From Paraphysomonas bandaiensis (Eukaryota > Protista > Chrysophyceae), in the NCBI GenBank assembly GCA_965644295.1, contig CBFFRP010000164.1, positions 119,742 through 183,741 of the forward strand: DNA of 64,000 bases. Direction: 5' to 3'. Below the pieces are notes generated by a model, which was not told the origin of the DNA, did not search any database, and saw only the letters and a list, made by a program, of their open reading frames with translations. How positions within the stretch are numbered: the first letter of the stretch is position 1; each line of letters opens with the position of its first letter. This document shows positions 48,356 through 61,279 of this stretch, in pieces. The position numbers were made by a program, and so were the translations under genes.

Positions 48356-48698
48356 TTCTTTTTTTGCTGAATCCACATTATGTACAAGACACGATATTTA
48401 GACATTACAGTATGCTGCTATATACGAAGATATGTTTGAGTCATTTTTGTGTAAAGTGGATACTGCTGTCCAGACACAACAATATGGAAGAACGATATTT
48501 TCCTTTTGCAACTGTTGCTGTTGAACTTCATTGACTTCACTTCGTTTTGTACTGTATAGTGAATACTGTAGTGCACTTGTTAGATACGCGAATTAAGCTG
48601 ATATGTGAGGTTTATGTGTGCTATCTCCAATATTTCTATCAATGGTAGCTATGGTATCACTGTGTTGTTGTTGGACTATAGTAAGATCAGTATAGACG

Positions 48699-51600
48699 AT
48701 GTTGCCTCTCCGTTATTTTGTACTCTCAGTAAGTGCTCTTGCGATGTGTCATTCAATGATAAGTGGGTCCTCTGATGGTTTTTTCCACTCACAGAGAGAT
48801 TTGGCTGCTGTGAGTATTCATGACTGTTCTTCATTACGTTTTAACCATCACAAAGCATGACTTAACCTCCCATGACGTTGACAGTCTTATTATGGAAGAA
48901 ATGAAGAGGTTGTCATCGACTGTGCATGATAGTACTGCTTCTGCGTATTTCGTGTGTGGAAATGTTAGTACTTCAGGTTAATCATATGCAGCTATTTAAC
49001 ATAGCTAAATTCCTTTGTGATCAGTTCACTTTGAATACCCAGTTGCATATTCGTATGGTCCCAATGTGTGCTACGTTATTGAAAATACATATTTTCAATA
49101 TATTCAACGTCAGAGCGAATCGAAACTGGTTGTTTCGGTAGTGGCACCCATGCTTAAGATTCATCACTCGGTATTGTCATACCTCTATGACAACCATAAA
49201 CATTTGGATGATTACAAATCTGAGGAATTGATGATGCTTGCGATTGATTTACCATTACATCGCACCAACGATAGCAGTGTAAGGTGGGAGTATCTATCGC
49301 TTTCGATTTCATGCCTAATACTTTAAATGGAGCAGGAAAATTACTCGTGAGATTCTCTCTCTTAAGCATATAGATTGCATTACCAGTTCTCTTTCTCGGC
49401 CATGGCAAACTCTTCTTCATTCTTCAGTTTCCACTCTCTCTGTGTCTTTATGTGATTCACCAGATAGAATGGAAACTGTTGATGAGAGGAGGGCAAGCAT
49501 ATTAGAGAGATGTCCAGTGCTGCCTTATCTCATCTCTTCATTTAGCCTATCACGACATGAGCGCTTGGCTAGCAGCTTTCATACTAAACTTCCTGTGCTT
49601 GATGAGCACGGCAACACGCTGAAAATCATCGACATAGCAGCTATCTCTCGGGCATGCCTTGTGCAGTTGATTCACTCAGCGGTCCAGCACCCTGCTGTGG
49701 TCACTGTTTCGGTGGGACATGCGCCTCGATTCGTAAATTATGATGGTAGTGGGGTGATGCAAAGTGGTAGTCCTATGCATCGGCCATTTCATGATATGGG
49801 TCTCAAAGGAGATGGGCAGGTGTGTGGTGTTGCAGACTCTGGGGTAAACGATGTGTCCTGCTTCTTCAGAGATGACTCTCAATTGTACTCTTCTCCTACT
49901 ACGATCCGCTCGTTCACTCTCGAGTCAGAAAGGCGCAAAATTATACAGTATGTGCCCTATGCAGATGCTGTCGACAATGAAGGTGGACATGGAACACACA
50001 CCGTGGGAACTCTTGCAGGGTGTTCTTCCCCGTCGTCGCTTTTCTCAGACATGGATGGGGTGGCACCTAACGCCAAAGTGTCATTTTTCGACATAGGGTT
50101 AACTATGCTCCCGTACTTAATGATTCCCCGTATGTTGCATACTGTTTTACCTACCGCATATGCCTCTGGGGCGCGAGTGCACAGTAATAGCTGGGCGGGT
50201 GGAAGCCCAATGTATGGACAGTATGCATACGACATCGATGCATTTCTATATGAGCACCAAGATTTCCTTGTAGTACTGGCAGCAGGAAACGGAGGGATCA
50301 GAGGAATAGGTAGCATAGGTACTCCTGCTAATGCTAAGAATAGTCTTTGTGTGGGATCCACTCAATTGCGAGATCAACTTGAGGACTCTATAATGTCTAA
50401 GCGTACAGTTTCTCTGACATCCTCCCGAGGTCCCACACTTGATGGGAGGTTGAAGCCTGATGTTCTTGCCACAGGCGATTTTCTTATGTCTGCGTACTCA
50501 TCTTCTGTGAATGACCAGTATAATGCGCTTCACATTCGGTGTGTAACTTTTTGTTAACATAGCATCTTCATTGTTGTATTAGTTTGGTGAGTGATGAGAC
50601 GAAGAGGGGCACACTGTGGAGCAATCTGTCTAGTTGCGCAGTACATGAAATGTCTGGTACTTCAATGGCTACACCAGTGGTTGCTGGAGCAGCTCTGTTG
50701 GTGCGACAGTTTTTCATGTATCCTTCGTTCTGGGCATCCTTATGCAACGTAAGGTATCTATGAACCCTGTTTCTGGTAAAATTTCTGACTGTGTGCCAGA
50801 GATATGTGGTGCAAGGCGTTTGAGCCCTCTGGATACCTTGTAAAGGCTGTAATACTGCACTCTGGACAAGCTGTGTCCCTCTCCTCCGATCCTGCGCTTT
50901 CACGAATGAAGGTATCATCGCAGCATCTCTCACTCCCTCCGGATATGCATCAGGGATACGGTGCAGTGGATTTGGCCGGAGTACTTCCACTCTCTTCTGG
51001 AAGCGGCTTACCCTCACCTTTGCAGTTGACAGTATTCGACAGACTAAATATGGTCGAACATCAAACTATTATTTTTAATATTTCATTAAGTCATCCCATA
51101 TTGCCTATTAAAATAACAATGGCGTGGTTTGACCCACCATCACCCGTAGGACGGGCTACACGACTTCTTATTCATGATCTGGATCTTCTTCTAGTTGCAC
51201 CTGATGGAACACAGCATTGGGGTAACAGAAAAACAGGTGGGGACGACAGGAATCCTAATGAACAAGTAAATGTTGAGCCGATATGTCCGATTGAAGATAC
51301 ATGCGTATATACTTGCCTTGTACACGCATATTCGTTCCCTTCTAGACGATTAGGTAGCCCGCCTGTAATCTCTCCTGAACAGAGAATTGGAATGGTATTT
51401 ACTCTCAATGGTACATGTAACGTTGTTTACGAAGCGCTACGTGTGGTAAGTCTGCGTTTTTATATTAGGTGATATAAATGGACCAGAAGAATATTCAGAG
51501 TGGCCACCGGATTCACCGGGGAGTTCCGACCTACCCGGAGATCCGGAGGATGTTTCTCACGCAGGATATATGCTATCTGCAGAAGCTGTACTTAGCCTAT

Positions 51601-52924
51601 ATGCAAACCAGTCCCTTGCTTCTGCCCCAGTAACACTTTCTAGCCTTTCAAACGCGGTGCTCGTTCGACTTCAAATCTTGAAGGTTGTTTGTAATGGTCA
51701 CGGTTGCTGCAGCGATGTTGGAGGAGTAACAGTGAGGCTGCTGGACAGCAGAGGCAATACTCGAATTATTGTTGGCGAGCTAGAAGAAGCGGACAACGTT
51801 ATGGAGCGGGACGGCCTGTTTTGTGCGTGGAATTTTTCGGATGGCGAATTGAGGATGACTGATATCACACTTGGAGCAGAGGGGCTCTTGGGTGGTCGAA
51901 CATGGATTGTCACTGCCACACGATTTTATGATGGTGACTCGTCCAATGTAGATTGTAGTGTAAGTGTTCTTTTTAACTACTCTGTCATCAAATCGATTGA
52001 ATATTCGCGAAAAACTGTACAGAACTACGAAAAAAATTTAGATAGTAGCACTAACTTATCTTACGCTGTCTCGTATGGTAGCAATGATACTGCTACGAAA
52101 GGAAGTAAGAAAGTAGATTTTCCTTTCATACTTTCTATCAGAGATTCACAACAATTGAACTCTTTTCAGTGCGATGGTATAAGGTAGTCATGCATCTATC
52201 TAACAAGTGGTTAAAATTGTGGCCGTATAGGCACGCTACATGCTGTGGAGCTTCAGCTGAGCAACGTTCAGGTTAGATACAGGCATTGAGGGTTAATGTC
52301 TAACTTTAGATAGCAGGAGCAGGAAGCTCCGTCAACAGGAATCTCTGGACTGGACGCCTATCTGCTTGGATTGACAATTACGGACCCTACTGGGGTGTCC
52401 GTCGTGGTATGACAGTTGCTATTAAGCCTTGGATGATGTTCTGAGTTGTTGTATATTAGGTTGGAGGTGGTGTTCGTCGTCGAACAGTTCAAGATAAGTT
52501 TTTCTACCGCTCTTGGCCTATATTATGGCTCGTATCTACGAAATGGCGAGCTATCCGTGATGTATCCGCCGCTCGACTGGGTGAGAGACGGAAACCTATA
52601 AGAGGATGGTGGAATGTGTCGCTAGCCGGTGCTAAAACTGGGGAAGCAAGAATGTACTCCGGGACTGTAACTCTATATTTCCTACCCGAACGTAGCACCA
52701 CTTCTATCGGTACGGAGGATTCATTCTCAATGAACATTGCGGAAACCTTTGTGCTGATTGTGGTCTGTCTAGCTTTGGCTGGAATACTGCTCCTCTTTTG
52801 TTTCCGTGCATTTAATATCATGACGGTAACTTCTGATGAGGGTAGACGTCTTATTGAAAGCGGAGCATCATTTCGTAACACTAGGAAGTGTGTTGTGAGA
52901 GATTATCGTAGCATTATTGTGTAA
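48699..52924 (+). CDS. Subtilisin-like S8 serine protease (TagC/KP-43-like) with signal peptide and C-terminal TM helix, multi-exon
   Basis: Catalytic VADSG, HGTHTVGT, LAAGN and SGTSMATPVVAG; RGPTLDGRLKPDV, QGYG and ITMAWFDPP...DLDL. TM segment in 52616-52924. The 5' exons are approximate. Confidence 0.88.
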
Positions 52925-54151
52925 AAACGTCAGACATTTAATTAGGTCGCATGCTATTTACTTAAGACATTGTAACGTCGTTTTAAGTACCTTATTTTTA
53001 TCATGTTCATGAAAAATGGCGTCTGCACTCCAGGAACGATATCGTAATGCTAGAATGATTATGAACAATTGCATGGTGATTGCGTTACTTTAAAAGAATA
53101 AACTGTTTCTGTTTATCTTATTGTAAGAAACTTCAATTTGTTGCCAGTACATCATTCAGTGTTATAGTAATGCATATTGGCGCATAGAAGTATGTCAACT
53201 CCGATAAAACATAACACTGCCATCGTTCATTGCAATGTGTTACATTGTTTGGTTTCACTATTATAATGTCAGATTATTTCAATTTGTCTATATATATTTC
53301 ATAGTATTTTATTAAATTTATATAATACAGTATTTAACTATCAAATTGAAAAATGAAACCACAACAGTAGTTAATTGCTCCAGAATCTAGAAGAAAAACT
53401 CAACCTATATTTATTTACTATCATTATATTATATCTACCGTTCATTTACCTGTGGTGAATGATATTATTTACTTATTTGGCAAGTCTGTCTGCGCTCATC
53501 GCGCAATATATCACTCTAAAAGTTCTATACGTATAAAAAAGATTTCTTATTTACTAATCACTTTGAAATATAAAACTATGGGACTTAAAAGCTACATTAA
53601 AATAGATTTTTTTTCTTTATAGTTTTTACATTTTTTATCATGATATAGCTATATTTAGGGACTTATTTCTATAGGTTAAATTTTAGCTTATACTCATGAT
53701 GTTGACACCTAGTTTATCTAGTATTTAGATTGTATAGCTATTTATAGGTTGCTTATTTTTTGGAGGAATAGGTAGGGAACTATGTGTTTTTCAAGCAACA
53801 GTTGTAATTGAAAACCTTCAAATTCAGCTTTTCATTACTTAAAGATAAGCAAAACTCAACAGCTGCAAGTACAATTTCTGTCCCCTCAGTAGAATTAAAA
53901 GTGGCACTGTTGAGCCTCTAGACAGAGCAGTTTAGCGAAGACATTCAATTTGGATGAGAATTTAATTAATATGCTTTATTGTGACCGTAGTCTAATATCA
54001 CATATTGACGAATTACGTCTGCTATAGCCAATCAAGCTACTACGATCATAATGTGTCACAAAGCATAGGAAATAGTTAATTCACTTTCAATGGCTATTTA
54101 GTAAATAGGAATAGCAATAACTGTCCATTTTATGGCACCACGGGGGTGAGT

Positions 54152-55860
54152 TTACAATGCCGGAAAGTTCATTCGAATTTCCTCATCCATAAGAGGAAGG
54201 AAAAAATCACATTCTTCTTTCTTTAAGTCACTGACTAGCTCAATATCATCTGCATTAATAAGAGTTTGTGAAAAGTCGGATTGCCCGTATGCTGGCCAAT
54301 TAGGAACATCCTTAACACCCACAACACCACTGCTGGGGTCGTGATTAGGGTCAACAATAAAGTTTCCCCAGTATGATGTCATCACATCCGCCATGCGCTG
54401 GTCTTCCTCATTTCTCATGATGTACTCCCAGTGGAACACAAACGGAACCTCAGAAAAGTGTGCTACATAATTCATATTGGTTCTCCGATGATCAAAAAAA
54501 TAGAGGTATACAGGGCTGGTGTGATCTCGAAGTGAAGACAACTGTCTGCTAGCGTAATTCGCTGGACACGACATAACGTCATCTCCTGTCGATCGTTCGG
54601 CCGCATACCAATACTTCGAGGCTCCATCGGGATAAGATTTTCCATCAACATAAAGTTCGTTGAGAGTATTAATTTGATATTCAGAGTAACCCTGAGCAGT
54701 CCAGTAGGCCTCCAACTGTTGGTGATCCATATCCTTTGGAAGTTCGATGCAAAACATTGAACCCTCATCAGAGTTAGTTCCGTGCATGATAGTAACATCG
54801 GCCACGGCACCTACAGAAAGTGCGATGTAGGGATGAGACATCATCTCTACGCCATCAACAGCAGGGTAGTAAGGACTATCATAAACAGACGGGTCTGGTG
54901 AGTGGACTTTTAGAGAGGCCGTGAAGATATCCTCGGTGGGCATATCCAACAGACACGACAGAGAACCACAACCCGCAGCGGAGAGAAGGTTGTTATAAGT
55001 CGCCTCCGCATTGGACATATTATTAGCCGCCCAATGTGTGAATGAGCCAGACTCTAGGACCGCACTCGAGAATAATCCCCATGAGCGCTGCATGGCCAGA
55101 TGACATGATATGGAGCCAGCACCGGCTGATTCGCCAAATATCATAACGTTATTTCCGTCGCCGCCAAATGCCTCTACAATATAAAATATTACGAACGCTT
55201 CAACAATATTAAACATTGATACATAACGCACCGATGTTACTTTTTACCCACTGCATGGCTAGACGCTGATCCTGCAGACCGTAGACACCTGTCGACCCTG
55301 ACTCAGAATCTTGCGAGCGCAACTCTGCAGATCCAATAAACCCGAACACCTGTTCAAACATTAGCACCGACACCACACATACAAAAACATAGACTTGCAT
55401 TGAGGCGATAGTTAATAGTAACTATTATGCCTTGGCCATTGAAAAATTTTACCATGTCGGACCCTCGATACATGTTCCCCGTGCCGGTTCTATACGATCC
55501 TCCATGAAAAAAAAGTCCCACAGGAAGACTAGTGTTGTTACCCGCTGTGGTCGGAACGTAAATGTTTAAGAAGAGACAGTCCTCGCTGCCGTGCATAGAC
55601 GTGAACCCCTGCACACACGCGGATCCGTATTTGGTGGCATCTACCACAGTAGTTGGGTCGGAATTGATCCATGGTTTAGGAGGGGACCAGCGTAGATCCC
55701 CTATAGGGGGTTGGGCATATGGAATTCCTTTAAACATGACAATATCATCGTATATTTTTCCTCGTATTACGGTCCCATCAGATAGATAGGCTGTATCATC
55801 AATAGCCATAACACAACATAACAACAGATGAAACGGTAACCATCCTGCTCTGAATATCAT
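54152..55860 (-). CDS. Secreted type-B carboxylesterase (alpha/beta hydrolase), 3 exons
   Basis: FKGIPYAQPPIGDLRW, SEDCLFLNIY, FFHGGSY, NYRL, GLQDQRLAMQWV, FGESAG, GTNSDEG and AHFSEVPFVF. Confidence 0.93.
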
Positions 55861-57080
55861 ATAGAAGACCAAGGAATGGAGTCAGATGACAGATGAAGAA
55901 TAAGAGGCAGATATTTTGGTGTCTCTGATCAGTGGTAAGATTGATATCAATCTATGGACTCGTTCTATTGCTTATATCCTTGTGCAGGAGGATTTGTATA
56001 CTTTAGGAAATGCGATGTTTAGATGTTGTTACTGCTGCCGCATGTGATACTGCAGGATATATTCCGTATGATAGTTGTAGTTTCGTATACTGGTTATTCG
56101 TACCCGTATACCGGTACCAGTATACAGCGGTGTGGAGTTGGTGCATCTTTTTTTGCATGTGTACCCCAGATATGGGCTAAAAGCACTTGACTGTGCCTGA
56201 ACGGAGGGCCCGCAATGCCGTCCATGACTAGAGTGAGGGCTCTAGTTGAAGCCATGCGCAAGTGTCTTTAAGTGGAACTTTCCGCTGTGCATCGGAAGTA
56301 CACAATTGAAGAGTATAAAGTGCGTATATCAATTCTAATAAGCGTATGCGTTGTAATACTGATATGGGTATATACCATACCTCCTTGCTGGAGGGAATAA
56401 CAAGCTCAGCAAGAAGACATATTTGGTAGGCTACTTGCCTGACATTGATATCATCCCCACCGTGGGGCCACTAATGTAAACACTCAGATCAAAATCTCTT
56501 CAATGTAGGTCACTGACTTTGCCGAGCAACAGCGGCTAGTAAAAGCGCACAAGAGCCACTTCAGAAGAGCGGCAGGTGACTGTAGAAGTTGTTGCGTATA
56601 TCGCGAGACAAAGTGTATTCTCCGGAAAGTACCAAGCGAAAACTCAGAAAAGTCCTGTCTACTGGCCAAAAGCGTGAAATCATTATCATCAACAGAGTTA
56701 ATTGGTTACGGCCCGTAAAATCTAGCGTGCTATGTGGTAATTCTCAAAGACCAATGTCCGCTACGCTACAATAAGACCGAGACGACTGTCTGATTAGTTA
56801 TTATACTTTGTTATTTCGCATCGAGTTGTTTATTAAGCTCGAATTTTCGATTATGTAAAATAATTATTCTATCTAGCCCTTAGAAATCATATATAACTAG
56901 CTAGGTATCACCAACTAAGCTAATTGAGCTCGTGGCAGTAGCCCTGTGTATTTAAGTTATAGTCGTGGTTGATTGATGTTACTCATTGAAACTTACCTGG
57001 TATCACTTTTAAATTGGTTGCCAGTTTGGTATAAATATTTCAGGGTTTCGAACGATTAGTATTAGACATGATGACCTTTT

Positions 57081-57425
57081 TAGTGGTGTTCAGAGGGAAT
57101 AAGTGCCGGAGAGACTTTCTCAGGGAATTATGAGCCCAAAGTTTGTGTAGTGCAAAGGACACAAATAAGTGTAGCATACGTCTTTGTCACTTGACGAATA
57201 AACAGACATCCGGGAATGGGCACACCTCAAGGTTAGCTGGGGTTTTTGAGCTGCCTGCTGAAGTCAGAAGTCTGAAGTCAGGTATCCACAATGAGTTCAA
57301 TTAAAGAACTCAAAACCCTGAAGTCTGCATAGGTCAGGTATGTCAGCATTCTACTTGCACAAATCGCATGTTTTAAGTGATTGATAGTGAGAATGGTTGC
57401 ACCTTGGTGCTTGAGGTGACGCGCT
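57081..57425 (+). repeat. Dispersed repeat R1 copy D (diverged)
   Basis: GACGAATAAACAGACATCCGGGAATGGGC, CTGCCTGCTGAAGTC, CCTGAAGTCTGCATAGGTCAGGTA and GGTTGCACCTTGGT. Confidence 0.8.
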
Positions 57426-58261
57426 AATAGTTCACCCAGAAGTGCAGTACTTTACAAATCTACGACTGAGTACATTGTGTTAGCAGCGTGAGGATCGCTT
57501 ACTGGCATCAATTTACAGGTTGCAGTTTCGACATATCTATTTAAGTGAGTACCAATGATGTATGCCTGGATGAAATAACGGGTGTGGTTGTTGTCCAAGC
57601 TACAAGCTATAACAGCTTTGAAGTAAACTCACTCTTCCTGGACAGTCAATGTACGCCAAAGATGATATTTACCTCCATACAGAATTCAATGTCAAACTCT
57701 GTTACGTTTTGATTTTTCTTGGTTGTGGTTTGTATTGGAAATTGCTCATTTTAAGCTAGATCACAGAGAGAATTTGTCGTAAGACTAGATAGATTTATTA
57801 ATATCGTTTACACGAAGTTGTGATAACCAACACTAACTCATTTTAATCCACGCATAATATCCTACATATGCGAACCTCTCGTTACTGAACATATCTTGAA
57901 AGATCAAACTATTTCAGTTTCTCAATATCATCATAGCATTTGTACATCACTACGCTTCACTGTATTCTCGTACATTGTCTTCAAGTGACATACTGAATAT
58001 ACTAGAATTAGATCCATATTCTAATACTCCCACTCAATGTAGAATGCAGTGAGATAAAACAACAGTGATCACAATAATCTGATAATCTATGACTATATCT
58101 AGTCCCATAGGTAAAATAGATGTGAAATCTTTTAAAGATACATATATAACTAGCAGTCAACTAGATATACAGTTATGTAGAATTTTCACCCACTAAAACA
58201 CACCTTTAATCTCTTCGGGGTCGTTTCTTCTGCTGCTCCTCCACTCTGTTAGACACACTCC

Positions 58262-58652
58262 TCCCTCAACAAAGTCGGACTCGCACCTTTTCGTGGTGTT
58301 CTGGGGGATAAGTACCGGAGAGATTCTCTCTGGGAAACTAACGTGAGCCGCAAACATAGTCAGCAGATATTGTTCTGCCCACTCATAGCCAAATGCTTGT
58401 GTGGTACAAGGGACACTAATAAGTGTCACTTGTGTAGACGTCTTTGGGCCCTGACGAATAAACAGGCATCCGGGAATGGGCCCACCTCAAGGGCATCCGG
58501 GACAGGGCCCACCAGAAGGGTAACCGGGGTATTGGGCTGCCTGCTGAAGTTAAGCATCCGGGATGTTCACCTTAAGAACTCAAAACACCTGAAGTCAGCA
58601 GATGTCAGGTATATCAACATTCTGCTTGCTCCCTGCGTTTGCTTTGAGTGAT
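58262..58652 (+). repeat. Dispersed repeat R1 copy E (uninterrupted, truncated on the right)
   Basis: CCCTCAACAAAGTCGGACTC ... GCAGATGTCAGGTATATCAACATTCTGCTTGCT...TTTGAGTGAT. Confidence 0.9.
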
Positions 58653-59465
58653 TGATGCTGAGTATGAGTTCACATTATTCGGTATCTGTGTGGCCAATGA
58701 CCGAGGTAATGCGTCAAACTTTCCTCATGGATGCATGGCAATGGCAATGATGTGATTAGACCTGTCATGTCTTCTCACACGTCTACTGTCTAGTCTTGGT
58801 TTCTCCTGACCCAGGTCATTGAGATTATATCAAGGCTCTGGCACTGTTCTCCAAGCAGTGTCAGGTACATTTGTGGTGCTTTTATGTTATTCTTGCTTAG
58901 TAGGTTTTCATCCGAGCGGGGAAGGTGCACGGTTTCCTACTTGTGTAAGTCACTCGGGAGAAGAGTGCAAGGTGGATGCATGTGCTGGACGAGTGCACAC
59001 AATGGAGGGAAGACATTGGAGTCAGCTTGAATTTGTAACAGATTTTGGTAGATGTCTGTTTCATGCGTCAGTGTGCAAAATTGCACCAGTGAGACCGCTT
59101 CGTGACCGTGGGAGGACCCGGCGCTATAGAGCTACTTTATTCTCCCTTCCAGACTACCTGCTGCTGTGAACACCACCTTGAAGAGGGCCCTAAAGATCTG
59201 CCGCATATACAGGAGACATATGCCGAAGACACCGACCGCAAGTTGTTTGTGTTAGGACAAGTAGATTGGGCAGGAGCGTATGATCCGGCTTAAACACGCA
59301 ACTCGTCGTATGCCCATGTAGCTAACTAAATCGTGTTGTATAGTTGAGCACTTGTCGGTGCATGCAATAGTAACTAGATGAGAGTCATGTTATGCATAGT
59401 GTCGCGCGAGTTGTTAGGTTGGTCGCGGCAATGCACAAGCTTGCGCTTCTTAATAATCAGATTTT

Positions 59466-61110
59466 CTATTTAGACACACTCCTCTTAACCCCGGTAATCG
59501 TAATCGTTTTCTCATGACGGCTGAAGATCTTCGTGGACAATGCCTTTGTAAAAATATCGGCCGCCATATCATCCGTAGATACATGAATCAACTTTGCTGT
59601 AGGAAATTTTCCGTTTACATGTTCTCTTATCCAGTGATACTTGATGTCAATATGCTTCGACCTCTTATGATACAATGGAATCTCTGAAAGATCCTTTGCA
59701 CTGTTACTATCCATAAAGAATGGAGTCGACTTCGCTACCAAGAGTCCGAGCTCCTTGAACACCCCCCGAAGCCACACCAGTTCTTGCATAATAGCCGCAT
59801 ACTCCGCCATATATTCAAATTCCATGCTTGAAGTCGCAACTGTGGTCTGAAGCTTTGACTGCCAGGCCAAAGCGCCCGCACATAAAAACACTATGTATCC
59901 TGTTGTGGACCGCCGAGTCATCCTATCACCAGCCCAGTCTGAATCACTGAATACATGTAAATCAAATTCTCTCCCTCTGAATCTGATGCCCTTATCAACT
60001 GTACCACGTAAATATTTCAACAAATGAATAGCTAATCTGCAAGAAGCCGCGTATGTTGGAGAAGTACTAAATCGAGCCAATAACCCCACAGCATAAGCCA
60101 GATTGGGTCTAGTATGAATCGCCAAATGCAACACCGCTCCAATAATTTCTCTATAAGGAAATGATTCAACCCATTGCTTCTGCTCCTCCGTCAGCTCTTT
60201 GTTCTTACTGCTCTTTCCCATAAACGAACTGAATTTCTAACATGTACCAGTCTTCACCTCTGATCGTGCATTTCAATCGTTTCGCAGAACCTACGTTTAA
60301 CACTTTCTAAGTAGGTGAGATCAGCAGATGCAATGATAATATCATCAACATATATCAGTAATAAGTGCAATTGACCATTACTCCATCGTATATATAAAAG
60401 CATGTATCTAAAATGCAAGCAGTAAAATGTAACGATTTGATAAACTTGTCAATGTGTTTGTTCCACTGCCTTGGTGATGGAAACACCACCCCGCTGGCAA
60501 TTCTTCATCAGGTGGAGGTGCCACATAAACATCCTCCTCAAGATTGGCATATAACAAAACGCTGATGATACATACGTCCAGCTGATGTACATGCATATGC
60601 AACATAAAAGCAATTGCGAGGACCAGTCGAATGGTTATTCTTTTGACCACTGGAGCAAACGTGGACTGTTCCTCCTCCGTTTTTTCTTGTAAATTTCCTA
60701 ATGCAACCAGCCGCGCCTTATATTTGACTACATTCCCCAGAAGAAGGTCTCTCTTCACCGTGTGTGTGAACATACTTTGCTCGCACCAATTTCACTCCCC
60801 GTGGAGTCCGCACAATCTTTAAGACACGTCTCTTCAGTAGTGAAGTTTTCTCCACCGTCCGAGCTTGTCGCCACTTCTTATACTGTGGAGATCTCTCCGC
60901 TTCGGCATACGAGTCTGGTTTTTATAATGTCCTCTTGTTTCAACTCTGCATGTTGTAAATTAGCAGTGTATGCATCTGGTACTACCTCAACCATATTTAT
61001 ATCTCTCCACTTTTTCCTAGCTTTAGGAAGCTACAGGCACCATTTAAGAAAACTTCTTATTACAAGCTCTACCTCGGTCCACATGACCACATCCACCTCA
61101 CGGTGACCAC
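59466..61110 (-). mobile_element. Degenerate Ty1/copia LTR retrotransposon pol (RT-RNase H), frameshifted
   Basis: YKARLVALG, TFAPVV, HQLDV, YVDDIII (~60330-60355), FSDSDWAGD...RRSTTGY, KRSKHIDIKYHWIRE and ADIFTKAL. A purine tract AAGAGGAGTG followed by TG sits at the ORF end. Confidence 0.92.
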
Positions 61111-61279
61111 ACTACAACTACAAATTGTCCCATGCACCACAACTACCAAACACCTACATAATATGCTTAGTCTGTAGCCTATTGGATTCAGTTAAATCCC
61201 ATATTTTTGGTGTTTTGCGCATGTGTGAAATTTTGTTCTCATTATGTTAATGATGCACACATATAACTCCCTGGATGGA

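Larger units (their letters stand above)
47921..48476. repeat. Long inverted repeat (palindrome) with a ~25-bp spacer
   Basis: 47921-~48208 is the reverse complement of ~48234-48476, apart from a 47-bp insert in the left arm and the TA copy number near the centre. Confidence 0.95.

Noticed and set aside
56160-56775. Possible small gene or pseudogene
   Set aside because: Only short ORFs with stops and no identifiable domain.
58440-58620. Hammerhead ribozyme in repeat R1 (CTGACGA)
   Set aside because: No correctly placed stem II and GAAA core could be built, and the C of CTGACGA is not conserved among copies (TTGACGA in C and D).
58660-59460. Defined copia 3' LTR
   Set aside because: No second LTR copy or TSD lies in the window, so its boundaries cannot be fixed.
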